Source: Phoronis australis (taxonomy: Eukaryota; Animalia; Phoronida). Taken from it: a DNA stretch of 64,000 nucleotides. The stretch lies in NCBI GenBank assembly GCA_002633005.1, contig NMRA01000555.1, positions 99,514 through 163,513 of the forward strand, given 5' to 3'. Each line of letters opens with the position of its first letter. Within the stretch, counting starts at the first letter, position 1. The notes beneath the pieces were generated by a model. The model saw nothing but the letters and a program-made list of their open reading frames with translations, did not search any database and was not told where the DNA came from. Position numbers and translations under genes: made by a program. Shown here piece by piece: positions 50,223 through 62,570 of this stretch.

Positions 50223-53200
50223 CTGAAATTGTTAAATGAAGCATGTAACGAATACTTTCAACAAATCGACGATGCGATATGACTTTTCCCAATCTGAGCA
50301 ATATGAAATAGTTGTAGGAGGTCTGTTACACGTTGTACGAGACGTACGCAGGCCGTTCAGGTGAGTCCATTGCACTGATCACCTGGAACCATGCTAATGC
50401 TTTATTAAAATATAGATAAAACCGAGTTGAGGAGCTAGTTGCCTGGCTCATGGGTCTAGCAGTGTGCCCCAGTTGGTCTCGAACCCACGAACTTGAGTAA
50501 TTGAAGCGGACACACTTCTCCGTAAACCATGTTACCTCCAATAATCTTAGCAACGGGCAAAATGATTTTGCATTCAAGGAGCCCAAGGGGTTCCCTGGAA
50601 ATAGCGCTTTCGGGGTCTTCCATTTTCGACCGCAACGCCCTCTTTCTGTCGTGGGATTTAAAAGAATATTACAAGAGGGAGGTGGGTTTCACTTTAGTGG
50701 AGGCTTCACTTCTAAATGTATAAAAGATTCTGGTGAAGCTTTGATGGCATGTAATGCATTTGAAATATTTTAACAGTCTTTCTGGGATCAAAAATTAAAC
50801 AAATGTCATTTTGAACGAATTTTGAAAACACACGCATTAACAGAGCCCATTGGTATTTTTAACGTCCTGTTCCAGATAACCCTAGTGGGAATATTTCTTT
50901 CGGAAACCTCAGGTAAGACGTACATACAGGCTGAAGGTACGTGAAAGAGCAACAGGTCGTGCTGATAGACGTTGGTAACCACAATAGTGCCTAGAAAGTG
51001 ACAAGCTGCATGGGCTGTTATTCAGTTTTGCAGGGATTCTGTGATAAAACAATTTGACTGTGTAAACAGTCACTTAAAAACAATCATGAGCAACGCTGAG
51101 TGGAGTGTTGAAGTGCGCCCACAAATGCACCGTAAATGGTGTGTGTTTAGGGGTGCTTATTTGTGAAATAAAAGTGGCCACTAGATGGCGCAAAGTACGT
51201 CGTATCCATCCGAAACGAGAACATATCATTCCTTAATTGAAAGCTATTTACCACATTTCAAGAGGATTCAGAGAAACAGAGGAAAACGGAAAAAAAGAAA
51301 CTGCCAGCAGGGGACACAGCAATTGTTGGATCCGTCTGAAAGTCGCCATCGTTGGTTGTAAACATAAATAAACTTGCTAAATTTAATTAACATGCTGCAG
51401 TAGGTTTAGGAGACGCAGTTAAGGGTGCAAAAAAAACAGAGCTGCCACTAGGAGGCGTCACAGTAGTCGAAGTCGTCAGAAAATGATCGTCAACTGTCCT
51501 CCCTCCACTCAGAACACATATGCCAATGTTGACCATCCTCCTTAGATTGGAATGGTTGAAAAAGGGGCAGACGCCAAAAAAAAAAGATTCAAAAACAGTA
51601 CAAATGGCCACTAGATGGCTCAAAATGCAAGCTATTACCAAAGAAAATAAAGTTGCCATTAGGGGGTACAGTAATCGTCGGATCCGTTCGAAAGTCGCCG
51701 TCCTGCCTTGTCAACTTCATATCAATACACTTGCTAAATTTCAATATAGATCCTGCAGGTGGTCTTCGCATATACAGTTACGGGCGCAAACAAACAAAAC
51801 TGTCACTAGGAGGCGCCACAGTAGTCGAACTCGTCGGAAAATCATTGTAAACTGTCCTCTTCATACTAAAAACGCATATGCCAATTTTCACAATCGTCCT
51901 TAAAGTAGTTTGGTTGATAGAGGGTAGGGCGCAAAAAACGGATTCGAAAACAGTAACAATGGCCACTAGATTGCGCAATATACCTCGAATCCGTCCGAAA
52001 ATCGGACGATAGCAGTATCTTACTATGTGCCAAATTTCCTGAAAATCCGTTGAGGACATTTGAAGATACAAAGGTGAACGTAAAAAACTAAAATCGCCAC
52101 TTGGGGGGGCATATCAATTGTCGGATCCGTCCGAAATTCGTCAACCTCCGTTGCCATCAGCTTTATAAGAACACATGTGCCAAGTCTCATCAAGATCCTG
52201 TAAGGGGTTTAGAAGATGTAGCTGCGGACGCCGGATGACGGACGCCCGGGCGCCCAGACGTCCGGACGCCCAGACAGAGATGTAGGCAATATACATTCAC
52301 ATATAAATATGTGGGCGCATAAAATTGACCATAAGCAGAATAGCAGATTTGTGAATTCAAAAAATTCCTGTCAAAACGTGGGTGGAAAATTGGCACAATT
52401 TTCGACTTGTTGCGGTATCTCACGTTAGCGAGGCCGCGATCAAAATTTTTATGTACTGATGGAAAGCATCTCTATCTGGGGCAGGTTGAGCAGCTCTGAC
52501 ATTCATGGTCTTTGATATCGATTCCTACCGACGAGCCACTGTCATTAGTTACTTGACAACGAAGAGAAAAGGTTCGAGACTCATTCTGTGTCTGGTTCAA
52601 ATAGTTAGTTCCGGGTGTATATTGCAGGTAGCTAGAAAGAAGAAAATGTTTCCGCCATAAACTTTTGAAAACTTTTTCAGCTTACCATGTCGCTCTCCCA
52701 GACATCAATCACGGGCTCATTCTCTAAAGAAAGTGTCAATCCCTGGGCAGTATGGTACATATCCTCTCCAACCACGTGGTACACGTTCTCTAGAAATGAA
52801 AGTACGTAAATGCAGGAGGGTGATTTATTCTGAATCCAGAAGCTATATCCAGAACAGTATGCCTTTTAACTCACAGCGCAGGAATCATGCTGGTTTAAAC
52901 TATGAGCTACAGTAGGTGATTAAAATGATATCTGATTAGTGATTTCACTCGCTGTTATTCGAGGATTGTTTTATACTAGTTTGGCGGTTGCTTCCTTGCG
53001 TCTTTTCGGGGAAGGTTTCCTTCCAAATGGTGGGTAAGGGGTGACGGTGGACAATTCAGGCCTACGCAGCATCTTGGAAATCAGAAATGGGGGTTCTTGA
53101 AACGATAATAAGTTTGGAAAATTCGACACTAGTGATTACTAGTATAACGCCAGGGCAATTTCGTGTGACAAGCCACTAAGTTTGCGACAGGTTCGTTATT

Positions 53201-56200
53201 AAAATAATAAAATTAGAGGCCGCTTTCGTATGAAAAAACATTTCAAGGATTAAAGTGTTTAGCTGATGCAGGTGGCAGGAGACAATTGTTATACATGTGC
53301 AGCACTTTAAGTACGAAGCCTGGTTTCAACATATCGCACGTACCAAAGCTGTCATATGCTATGGCGTATGGTCGAATAGGGCTGACGTTGATGGGTCTTC
53401 TCTCGGGGTGTCCTAGAGTATCGATGCAAACGATTCTGTAATAAAATGTACAACAATAAAAACCTTTCAACTCACAAGTCTAAGTATCTATTATTAATTT
53501 GTGTCGTTTCAATTGAGGTACCATATACCTGCGCAGGCCATTAAAGAAATTAACTTTTGACCAAATACCGCTATCAACCTGTTGTCAACTACGTCCTTAC
53601 TTAGATCAGGTGTAACTTTGGAGCTTGGAAGAACTGACAGATCGTTAATGCTCGAGTACAGGTTATATTCGGCGCAAAAATGACCGCCAACTGATTGAGC
53701 CTAGTCTTGTTTAAAAACAAAGCGCAATTTTTAATCATATGAATCCTCTATGGTCTGAGTATAGACCATACTACAATGGGCCCAACTCCGTATATTCTCA
53801 ATGCACAAAAACTGTGATCTTTTGAGCAAAGCTGCGATTAAAACCACTCATTAGCAACGCCATGTTTTACTTCCGGTAAGTTTTTCGTCAGTACACTAAG
53901 CAGAAATTGGCTTTTATTTGAGAAAGAGCAGCGCCTCCTCAGGGAATTGACATTGGAGTATCGGATTTGCTGCACAGGGTCTATGGTCTGAGAAAGGAAC
54001 AATATGAAACCAGTTTCATAACTTTATCATGTGGTCAAATTGATCAATTATGTTTGACGTTAAGGGCATATACATATCGTGCAGGCCGGCAGGGGGCGGG
54101 CAGGTTCAACCACGGCCACCTAAAAGGTTTGAAAGGTTAAATAGCAATTTATGCATGGATTGAACGCCATTCAAATTCACCGTGCACTACCTCTCGTTTT
54201 CTCGATCGGCCACGCACAACTCGAACCTATTTTCATTCAGAGCCAGGCTGTGAGGAACTGCAAAGGATTCGTGATGCATGAGATAGTCGATGACAATCTG
54301 AACTTGACCGTCAGCTGAGAACCTGATTAGCCTGTCATTACAGTACCTGTAAGTACAAAATTCGTAATCCATAAAACACATCGTAGGAAACCATTGGCAG
54401 AACAGAACCAATTATGTCCGGTTTGTTTTTTTTTTTTTGGAAAAAGTATCGTACACTATATATTCGTCTAGTTGTGCTGCACTGGGCGACAACTGGATTG
54501 CAAACGCAGTGTTCGACCGACTTTGCGTTTTTGCGTCAATTCACGCAGCTAAACTGTTTAAGACGCAGATTGACTTGATGAGTGCGTCACCATGGAGGCA
54601 ATTTTTTGTTCAACAGTTGTGATTAATAAAACTATAAGAACAAATGAGAATCATTCGCTTTTTTCTGTGATTTCCATGCCAAACCTTTCATTCATAACTG
54701 CACCTCCAGATTGTTTCATTTTCTGAAGCCAAACGCACGGCACCGTTGTTCCGTAAGTAGGTCACCCCACTGTAGGTCAGTACATCCTGTTATGTTAGGT
54801 GGCGCTGAACAGTTAGACTGCGGCCGCGGCCAATTTGCAGTGCCAAAATTATAAAATCGAGGGGTAGGCTAAGCTTGGGTGTATTTTTAGCTAGGTATTG
54901 TATATAGGCCTAGGCCAAGTGAATGTGGTTTGTTTGTTTTTGTGAACATGCTGAGATTAAAAAAGGCCACTTTCTCGGCTGTAGCTGCACTCTTCTTCAA
55001 GACGGTGGCCCCCTGTTGCAATTGTGCATTGCTGTGTAGCAACTGAGAAATTGGCCGCGATTTCAGGTAGCCCTCAAACAAGCCAGATTTGGAAAAAACT
55101 AATTCGTTGACAGTACTTTTGGATCACATTTTTGGAATCGGTAGGAAATTTGCTTTCGGAATCTAATGTATGTTTCAGTAGAGCATCGGCAGGGAAGTGG
55201 TGGTTTTGGGGTGAAAAGTGCCGATTTTGCGTTTTTTGGCCTTATATTTCTTAGTCCAGCTTGGTTTCCACTGGCAGTGAAAGGGTCAAAAATACAAGAG
55301 AGAATAATGTTTCTGTGCTCATCTTCAGGGCTTGTGATCTGAAATGACTCAAAACTTTTCTTTATTTGCGTGCAGTTTTTGACAGAGTGAAGAATGGGTG
55401 AAGAGTCCATTGACGTGTGTTCTGATAGGCAAATCCCTGTGAGAACTGTTCAGTGCCTCCTCACAGTTGTTCGGATATGGGGTAGACTCAATAACACTGA
55501 CAAAAATGGCGCCAAATCAGACGAGTCAAAAATAAATGCTTGTCACATTCTTTGCTAGAGTGTTTTTAAAGGTTTCAGGACTACGTATCATGGAGCCCAG
55601 CAAATTCAAATACACCCCAATAATATCGGTAGGTGGGTTCATTGCCAGGTCCCTAGTTTTTTTGAAGATTAGGGCAATCACTACATGCGTGCTTCAAAAA
55701 AGGCACACTAGCCTCCCGTTCAGTAACACTGGGACCTCGCTAAAAAGCAAGACTTCGCGGGATTACGTGAGAAATTAGCGTGTATTTTAAATGAAAACAC
55801 GTGGCTTTGGCTAGATTTTAGACAGGTCCTAGCGTAGGTCCTAGCGTTACTGAACGCACGCCAGCTGTGAGTTCAACATGTGCACGCGCAGCCTCGGTGA
55901 AAGTTATACTGAGCGATGATTTCATGGATTAGAAGCGGCCATCTTCAAAGTACAGTAAGATAACTTGAGAAAGAAGTGAATTATTAGCCAACAGTAGTAC
56001 CTACATGTATGATCTCCATTCCGACCACAGTGCAACTCTAGCAAGAAAGAAGTGTCACCACTCAACTTTGTGTAATGGAATCGAAATTTCTGGAAACCAT
56101 TCGACTTTGGTCATTGTGATAAACAGCGTGTCCAGAGGTATTAGTCACATTATCTTTACAGCTCTCAATATACATTGTAGCTGTAAATGAGTTCTTACAC

Positions 56201-59200
56201 GTGACATGGTGTGCGCAAATGCACAGTAAACTGCATGAATTACTGTGGCGAATATTACTACCAAGTAAACTTGAAATCCTTTTCCAGCATGAAGTCAAAA
56301 TAATGAGAGTTAACGGTGAGTGATTAACTACAGTAGCTACACAGCCAATGCTGTTGACTTCCACATGCAGGACAGAAAATTTGTACAAAAATAGAACTAA
56401 GCGCGTTATGGGATTATTCCAGAAGCTGGATAGGTTTACGAACCCGTCGGCAACAAAGAAGTCACCGTCTGATAAAATGGCGACCGCTGTCGGCTTGCAG
56501 AAGTGCTTTCTGTCGTTTCCGGGAACGAACTTCTCGCCAAGAGTTAGTACCTCATGTACTTCCGGTGATCCATCCTTATTCTGCTTCTCCAGTTTAATTA
56601 CCTGGAAACGTGAACTGTGTAGTATGAAACACTATATACAGATGAATGCGGTGGAAATATTTTGTTGTAGCCTACGGTCAAAACGAAAGGGAATGGCAAC
56701 GCTCTTTACACTCATTTAGATTTTTCAGTGATATGACGAAACGCCTGTCCAAACTGGTCTCCGGCGATTTCTCGGGCACTGTGAATAGACGTGTGTACTT
56801 GCCACTGTTCCGAACACAAGAGGCTGTCGACGACGTTAAGAATAAACTTACCGTTTATTAAGACAAATTGATAAATATAGTTCAATACAACATGGTCTTG
56901 GTCCTCAAAGCTTGTCAATTGATGGCAATGGACCGCAGCTTCAGTTATGGAAGCAGTCAACTTTGTACAATTTGTAACTTGTCAACGGACCTACTGTACC
57001 AGTCTCTCCGAAATACGTGTCAAAATATATACATGTACGTCTATTTGGTTAGGTATCAACTCACTACGATTCTTTATTATATACCTGCACATATAGTTAG
57101 TGATATTTTGATGGAGTAATTTTCTCAATGAGATACAATTGTGTTCACAAAAAAGACATCGTTTCCATCTTGGTAGCACATTTAGATATGTCTATGTTAA
57201 ATTAGTAATGGAAGGAATTAACAATGTTTACAACCACGGTTATGGCGAAACATACAACTGTTGGGATATACGTGTCCACTGAAATAAACTTTCAGTAACA
57301 AATTCCCGTAAACTGACGTTAAGCAACACTGCATGTTTACATAAACTGTGAATCGGCATGCAGCCGTGATTATTCGTGAGTTCGTGTCGAGTTCTTGAAC
57401 AATGTGGTATTTAAATGTAGTACCCACTGGATGGCGCTAATCCGAAGTGTTTCGTTTTTATATGCTAATCACAGTATGCAGAACAAAGCAATCAACTAAC
57501 AAAAAACAAAACCTCCGTAAATTGTTCCCAGCGCCACCTACCGTTCATCGTCATCGCCATCATCGTTGTCGTCATACTTAACATTCTTCACTCAAAACGG
57601 GCTACGCAGTGTAAAGTTGCTAGTCGACTGGTGCCAAATGAATTTCACTCAAATGAATTTTGTAACAAAAATATCACTTTATCATCTTAGCGCATCCCCA
57701 GAAATCATTTACGCAATAAAACTGTCACTTCTGAAGTTTCTTACTTTAGCGTTCACATTATCGATCAAGTTTTAATAAGGCTAATACTTCTATATCTGGG
57801 CGTATGCAATTATTCCGTTTTCTGAACGTTGCAGGCGCGCGACATCTACATGTCCGTGTAAATACGTGTTGTTCTTGGTTCCATGTGTGCAGCCGGATTT
57901 AGCGGTATTTTGGAATTTAGTCAAACGAGTGGGGTTTCCAGAGTATAATGGTGATTAAAAGGGTAGTCAGCAAAAAATCAAGGGTGATTGTAGACTGACA
58001 GAAAGGAAACACTGTACCCATGAATCATTTAGTTTCAGTCAGGCTACTCAGCTAATCCAATGACTAAGTTATTACACTGATACGCAGGTAAAACTGTACA
58101 AGTTAGTTGTTAGTCACACATAGTGCATCCAGGTGTGAAAAACTCTGCGCAATACCTTAGTCAGTAAGGTTCTGGAATCATTTGCATTGAAACTGAACAT
58201 TCCAACTCTCGTGGTGTACACTGTATGTTCAATGTACGGGTTTTATCTAAATACACAGACTTCTTGTCAAAAACAGTTACGCGTATCTTTAGTCAGTCGT
58301 TTGGAATTCTGGTCTGGCCCCTAAGCACGAACAACTGTAAAGGCGCATGCGCGAAGCCTGATCATCAGTGAAACGGTATCGACAGCGAACTCTCTTAGCT
58401 TGCGAATAAGTACTTTTTTCCTTCCATCATATGTCACATTGCTCTTGTTGAATAATGTTGTTGACGTCATGCCAACAATCGAACTTGAGACTTAAGCTTC
58501 CGTGAAACAAAGCCAGGGGTACTTTCGAGCTCGTGCGTCATCATTTTAAAGGGTCACTCTACAGGACGGTTTTGTGACAAAGGGTAGGCTAACGAAACGA
58601 AAACTGGGCTAGGTTCCGTAGACCCAAGACATTCACGCGGAAAAGCTAGTATGACCACGCGTGCTTCGCTTGTAATGCATGACAATATCTCACGAAGGTA
58701 TTATGCAAATCTTAAACGCTTACAGGATTTGTACGGAAGTGGACGAGAAAGCGAACACTCTTCTCCCCCAAAGTATCCAGCGAATCCCTTGGCTCGTCAA
58801 AGGCTTGGTGTCGCCGTAATAGATTGAAGTGAACTAGTCGCTATTCATGGGTTTGACCGAATGTGTATTAAGGCAAACGACGAACAGAAAAAACATAATG
58901 TGCAAGTTCCACAGACATCTGATTTGCCTTTTTATCGTCAAGCTCATGTCTGTCTGCGGACATGTTTTCTTAGGGTCAAAAGCCAATATTCTAAAACCGT
59001 CCATATTGTGGTTGTGTACTGTTTTCTAAAAGCGATCGCACGTGATTGGTCAGTGTCGAATCCCCTTAGGTTAGAAAAAAACATTTTTTATGTTGAGCTT
59101 TTTTTAAAATACACCGGTGTCAGGTGTTTAATGCTTATACAGGGGCTGCTAAACGAGATCATCTTGAGATTACTGAAACCTGGCCATAACCTTTACCTGA

Positions 59201-59269
59201 TGTCTTCCAACGTCTGTGACCCAGATATAACCCTCGTTGTCGACCGTTAGTCCGTGTGGCATGTAGAAC
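50118..59269 (-). CDS. PAL: Peptidyl-alpha-hydroxyglycine alpha-amidating lyase (PAL, NHL beta-propeller), 3' six exons; 5' exons not found in the window
   Basis: Minus-strand exons 59269-59197, 56601-56444, 54346-54191, 53435-53344, 52789-52686 and 50222-50118 are all AG/GT with matching phases. Motifs: FYMPHGLTVD...WVTDVGRHQV, FCKPTAVA, FFVADGYCNDR, VPHSLAL, LCVADRENERIVC, KPHAIA. Confidence 0.92.
50425..50530 (-). mobile_element. tRNA-derived SINE head remnant in the last PAL intron
   Basis: Minus strand has B-box GGGTTCGAGACC preceded by a degenerate A-box; no cloverleaf. Confidence 0.45.
51170..52324 (-). mobile_element. HINE/DINE-1-like element in the last PAL intron
   Basis: Minus-strand head ttttatgcgcccacatatttatatgtg + (GGCGTCC)-type microsatellite; about 360 bp units with ggccactagatggc; same family as 3068-6715. 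Confidence 0.7.
52686..52789 (-). CDS. PAL: PAL exon NVYHVVGED...AQGLTLSLENEPVIDVWESDM
   Basis: ttctag|AG...ATG|gtaag; phase-compatible, with the QG.T...IDVW pattern of the PAL blade. Confidence 0.8.
53344..53435 (-). CDS. PAL: PAL exon IVCIDTLG...PYAIAYDSF
   Basis: tacag|A...G|gtacgt; phase-compatible with neighbours. Confidence 0.85.
53760..53985. mobile_element. MITE with 7 bp target-site duplication (P-element-like termini)
   Basis: GTCTGAG|tatagacc...ggtctatg|GTCTGAG. Confidence 0.6.
54191..54346 (-). CDS. PAL: PAL exon YCNDRLIRFS...VPHSLAL...LCVADRENE
   Basis: tacag|G...AG|gtagtg; catalytic Tyr and Arg motifs. Confidence 0.93.
55711..55862. mobile_element. About 150 bp MITE (copy 2)
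   Basis: Reverse-complement match to 34701-34852. Confidence 0.8.
56444..56601 (-). CDS. PAL: PAL exon VIKLEK...LGEKFVPGNDRKHFCKPTAVAILSDGDFFVADG
   Basis: ttccag|GTA...GG|gttcgt; canonical PAL motif. Confidence 0.92.
59197..59269 (-). CDS. PAL: PAL exon FYMPHGLTVDNEGYIWVTDVGRHQ
   Basis: tgtag|G...CAG|gtaaag; carries the first Zn-ligand His motif. Confidence 0.9.
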
Positions 59270-61566
59270 CTACAAAAGTCGAGAAAGGTCACCAAGTGGT
59301 CTCAACGACACTCTTTTATTCCCTTCAAATCTCGGCTTATTTGAGTCGTCTGGACGTGGATAAGCTTTGATAGCAATACATGTAGTGGTACTCCATTGCG
59401 AATCGTGTCCTCCACTTTTCAAGACAGAATCACTTTAGTGTTATTAGTCACATGATAGAATTGGAATGCCAACTTCGATTTCACGCTGCTGAGGATGTGC
59501 CGCGCATGCATGGCATTTGTTTGCATTCTTTTGTTCTGTTATAGACAACAGATTCGCATTTCCGACATTTTCTTGCGAAATATCCAAAACGGGTCGCCAC
59601 CCTCATAAATTACCAATTTCATTTCCCGGTTAGTGTATTGTGACGGGGAATTCTTGCATCTATTTTACTGTCTAGTACAACGAAAAAAATAACTTTGACC
59701 ATCGGACAATGACACGTTGTCTTCCAATAGTAGAACTGTTGGTATCGTGAGTACTTCTGGCAATTCTATTGATCATGTAATTGCAAAAATCAAACTGCAG
59801 TGCTGAGTAAAATTAGTCTTTTACATTTTGCCTGTGTGGACGTACACCCGACCACACAACAGCCGACCATGATTTAACAGACGGCGTACTTGCCGGAAGT
59901 AAAACTTGCTAATTTTGCCAGGTGTCGCTAGTGAATAATGACGTCACGGCATATGCGTAAGATAACATATTTCGTCCGATGGAAATACACGGAGTTGGCG
60001 GTTCATGTACTACAGACTATGCTGCCACTAAAAATTTTTGCAACTCCGCTGTTAAATTCAATTCATAAATAATCAATATTTTGCATATCTGACAGGCTAA
60101 AAATACTTTTTAATTCTAAAAACCAAGAGTTTTTCCAAATTAAAAACACTTGCTATAGTTGGGGCTAAACTCTTCATTTATATTTGCAGAACAAATACTC
60201 AGAAACCAAACGCCACTTCTTTCTGTAAAATATTGTAACATGATTTTAACACACATAAATATCTTGTTGAAGAAAACTCCTCGCATGTACAATGTAGTTT
60301 GATCGGTTGTCCAATATGGTTCCAAGAATGGATAAGAAAAAATGTCAGAGGCCAGACTATTCCTGGTACCTTGCCAGGCCACGGATCGCTGCGTATAAAA
60401 GTGACTAACTGTCGCGTTTGTTGACAAATTTTGTCGGGAAATCGCTGGTTGTCTGGAAGCGTAGCTCAAGTGTCTCGCTTGATGAACAAGAGTGTCAAAA
60501 TGAAAATGACGCAATGAAGTTAGGCTTGATTCAATAACTACAACACTCGATCAAAGCTCAGTCGAGCAGAGAGACAGATATTCACAGTGCATTCTCTCGC
60601 GGCTTGTCTCGGGGTCGCAAGCTCTAATAATTAAATACATTGGTCACATGCGGGAGTTAACATTCCAGGCAGAGTTCTGTGGCCGTATCTTGTGAAAACG
60701 CTGGTAAAGTCAGCCTAAATAGTTCTTTTCGTGACATACAGTACAAGCCAAAAGCATTCCGATAAAATGGACCGGAATTGCCCGTCATGACGGCTTGGGT
60801 GAGAGAAGTCTTCGCTTGTGACCCAGAATGAAGGTGCCTAATTCATTTTCTGATAAGCAATGCCCAGCTATGATAGTTATTACTAATAATTTTTGCTGTT
60901 TACAGAATAAGCTGTCATGAGAGAAATTTGTCTGTTTACTTTAATTTTGTCGTTTGCTGTATTTTATATATGTGGCATACCCTGGCGTTTTAGTATACAC
61001 AACGAGAAAGTTGAATGGTGCGAAGGGTCATCAATAATAGCACTCGCGAGCGTTTGGTGCTACCAAATTCTTGCGGTAACTACCACCGGAATCGGAGACA
61101 TACATGTAGTGCGACGGTGATCACCATAGTCAGGATTGCCTGACTGCCTGCTATCTGGATAAGCAGTCAAATGTTGAGACTGCAAATACCTCCGACAGTA
61201 TACGACAATGGTGGTTTGCCGTTGAGAGTGCATAAGCGGTCGACTATACATGTACGTTATCCGCAATTGCCGTTGCACGAGCGGAAAACTAAGAGTTCCT
61301 TGTGTGCTCCCACTGTCGGGCCTAAAGTCCCGAGCACGGGCTCACCTCCTGACGCAGACAAACACCTGTGCATGATTCAATTACGCCCTTCCGATTTCTA
61401 GCGAACGATTCTAACATCAATTTGCTAACCGGCAAAATTTTTTTAAGTGCGCGCTTGGGTGTGTGCGTAGCAACTTCGTACTGAACATGTATTTTGTTAG
61501 GTTGTTAGATAACATCTGAGGTCGTGTTGCCGACCTGCACGTCTCCAAATAAAAACCTGCATCTGA

Positions 61567-61835
61567 CAGGGGCTGATCAAAGATTTTGATTTAGAAGGGG
61601 CTCAGGAGCGGGTCAAGGATTTTTGAGTTAGGGGAACCAGGGCAGAGTATAAGCCATGATTTTTCCGGCATACATTCGCATCCCCGAACTGCCAAATGTA
61701 ATTTGTGAGAATTTTAGAGGGGTCATGGCCCCTTTGGCCCCCTCTAAATCCGACATTGGGGGGGTAGCAGAGTATTAGCCAGAATTTTGCCCGTCAGACA
61801 CTCGCACCCCCGAACTGCCAAATGGAATCTGGGAG
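61567..61835. mobile_element. hAT-like MITE plus adjacent partial copy
   Basis: cagggGctgatc...taaatccgacattg; cccgaactgccaaatg occurs twice; homologous to 32280-32430. Confidence 0.65.
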
Positions 61836-61899
61836 AACTGTATAGTTTTCGGTAAGGGCCTTGACGCGGCTTAATTAGAGAGAAGGGAACTTTGTATAC

Positions 61900-62570
61900 A
61901 CAACGATGACTCAGCTCCATGTTCTTTAGATGGGATGGAATTTGTAATACTCGAAATGAGGATGTCGTGACGGTTTCTCGCAAAGAACGGGACTCGGATG
62001 TAATGTGGTCCGGGACGTTCTCATATTACCTCCTGCCAAACTTTAAAATCAGACCGCTGCTTAAATGGGTGATTACACTTCATTACATACACAGATGTTT
62101 AGTCAGAGATTGAGTTGACGATTTGTTTTTCTGGTTGTATTTTTGCGTGTTATTGAAGTTGCTTAAACAGACCACTACTCCGAAGGTTTACTACTTCGAA
62201 GATTCACTACTCTGGAGGCTAACTGCTCCGAAATTATCTATAATTGCGTTCTCAGTAATTTTATACCTTTGCATGCAAAAATAAAAAATACTTCGGTTAT
62301 TTGATACAGTGAGTGGTGTACTTATACCGAAAACAACGTCCGGGTTCTAAAATACTTTGTGTTGAATTGATGCGCATTCGAAATTGCCCGCAGGTCTTAA
62401 TACGGAAAATGAGTACGTACTTGCATTTTTAAAAGAATATGATATAGGAATATTGATGAATTAACAATTACGATACATTCATCAAATCCATGTCAAGATC
62501 TCATCATTTCATAGTGTGTCACTGGAAAGTTTAAGGCCGCATCGCCTCAACCTCACACACCGGAACCTCA
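61900..62570. repeat. Dispersed repeat, homologous to 27545-27680 joined to 29300-29760
   Basis: Shared collinear blocks ctcagctc, gaatttgtaatact, tgccaaacttt..aatcag, tttttata.tttgcatgcaaaa, cgtccggg, gagtacgtactt, cgcctca.cctca. Confidence 0.75.

Noticed and set aside
50326-50991. Three phase-compatible minus-strand mini-exon candidates (GTIVVTNVYQ..., NPLGSL..., VISAMDS...)
   Set aside because: They do not join in phase to exon 52686 and lack PAL motifs; exon 50222-50118 completes the domain.
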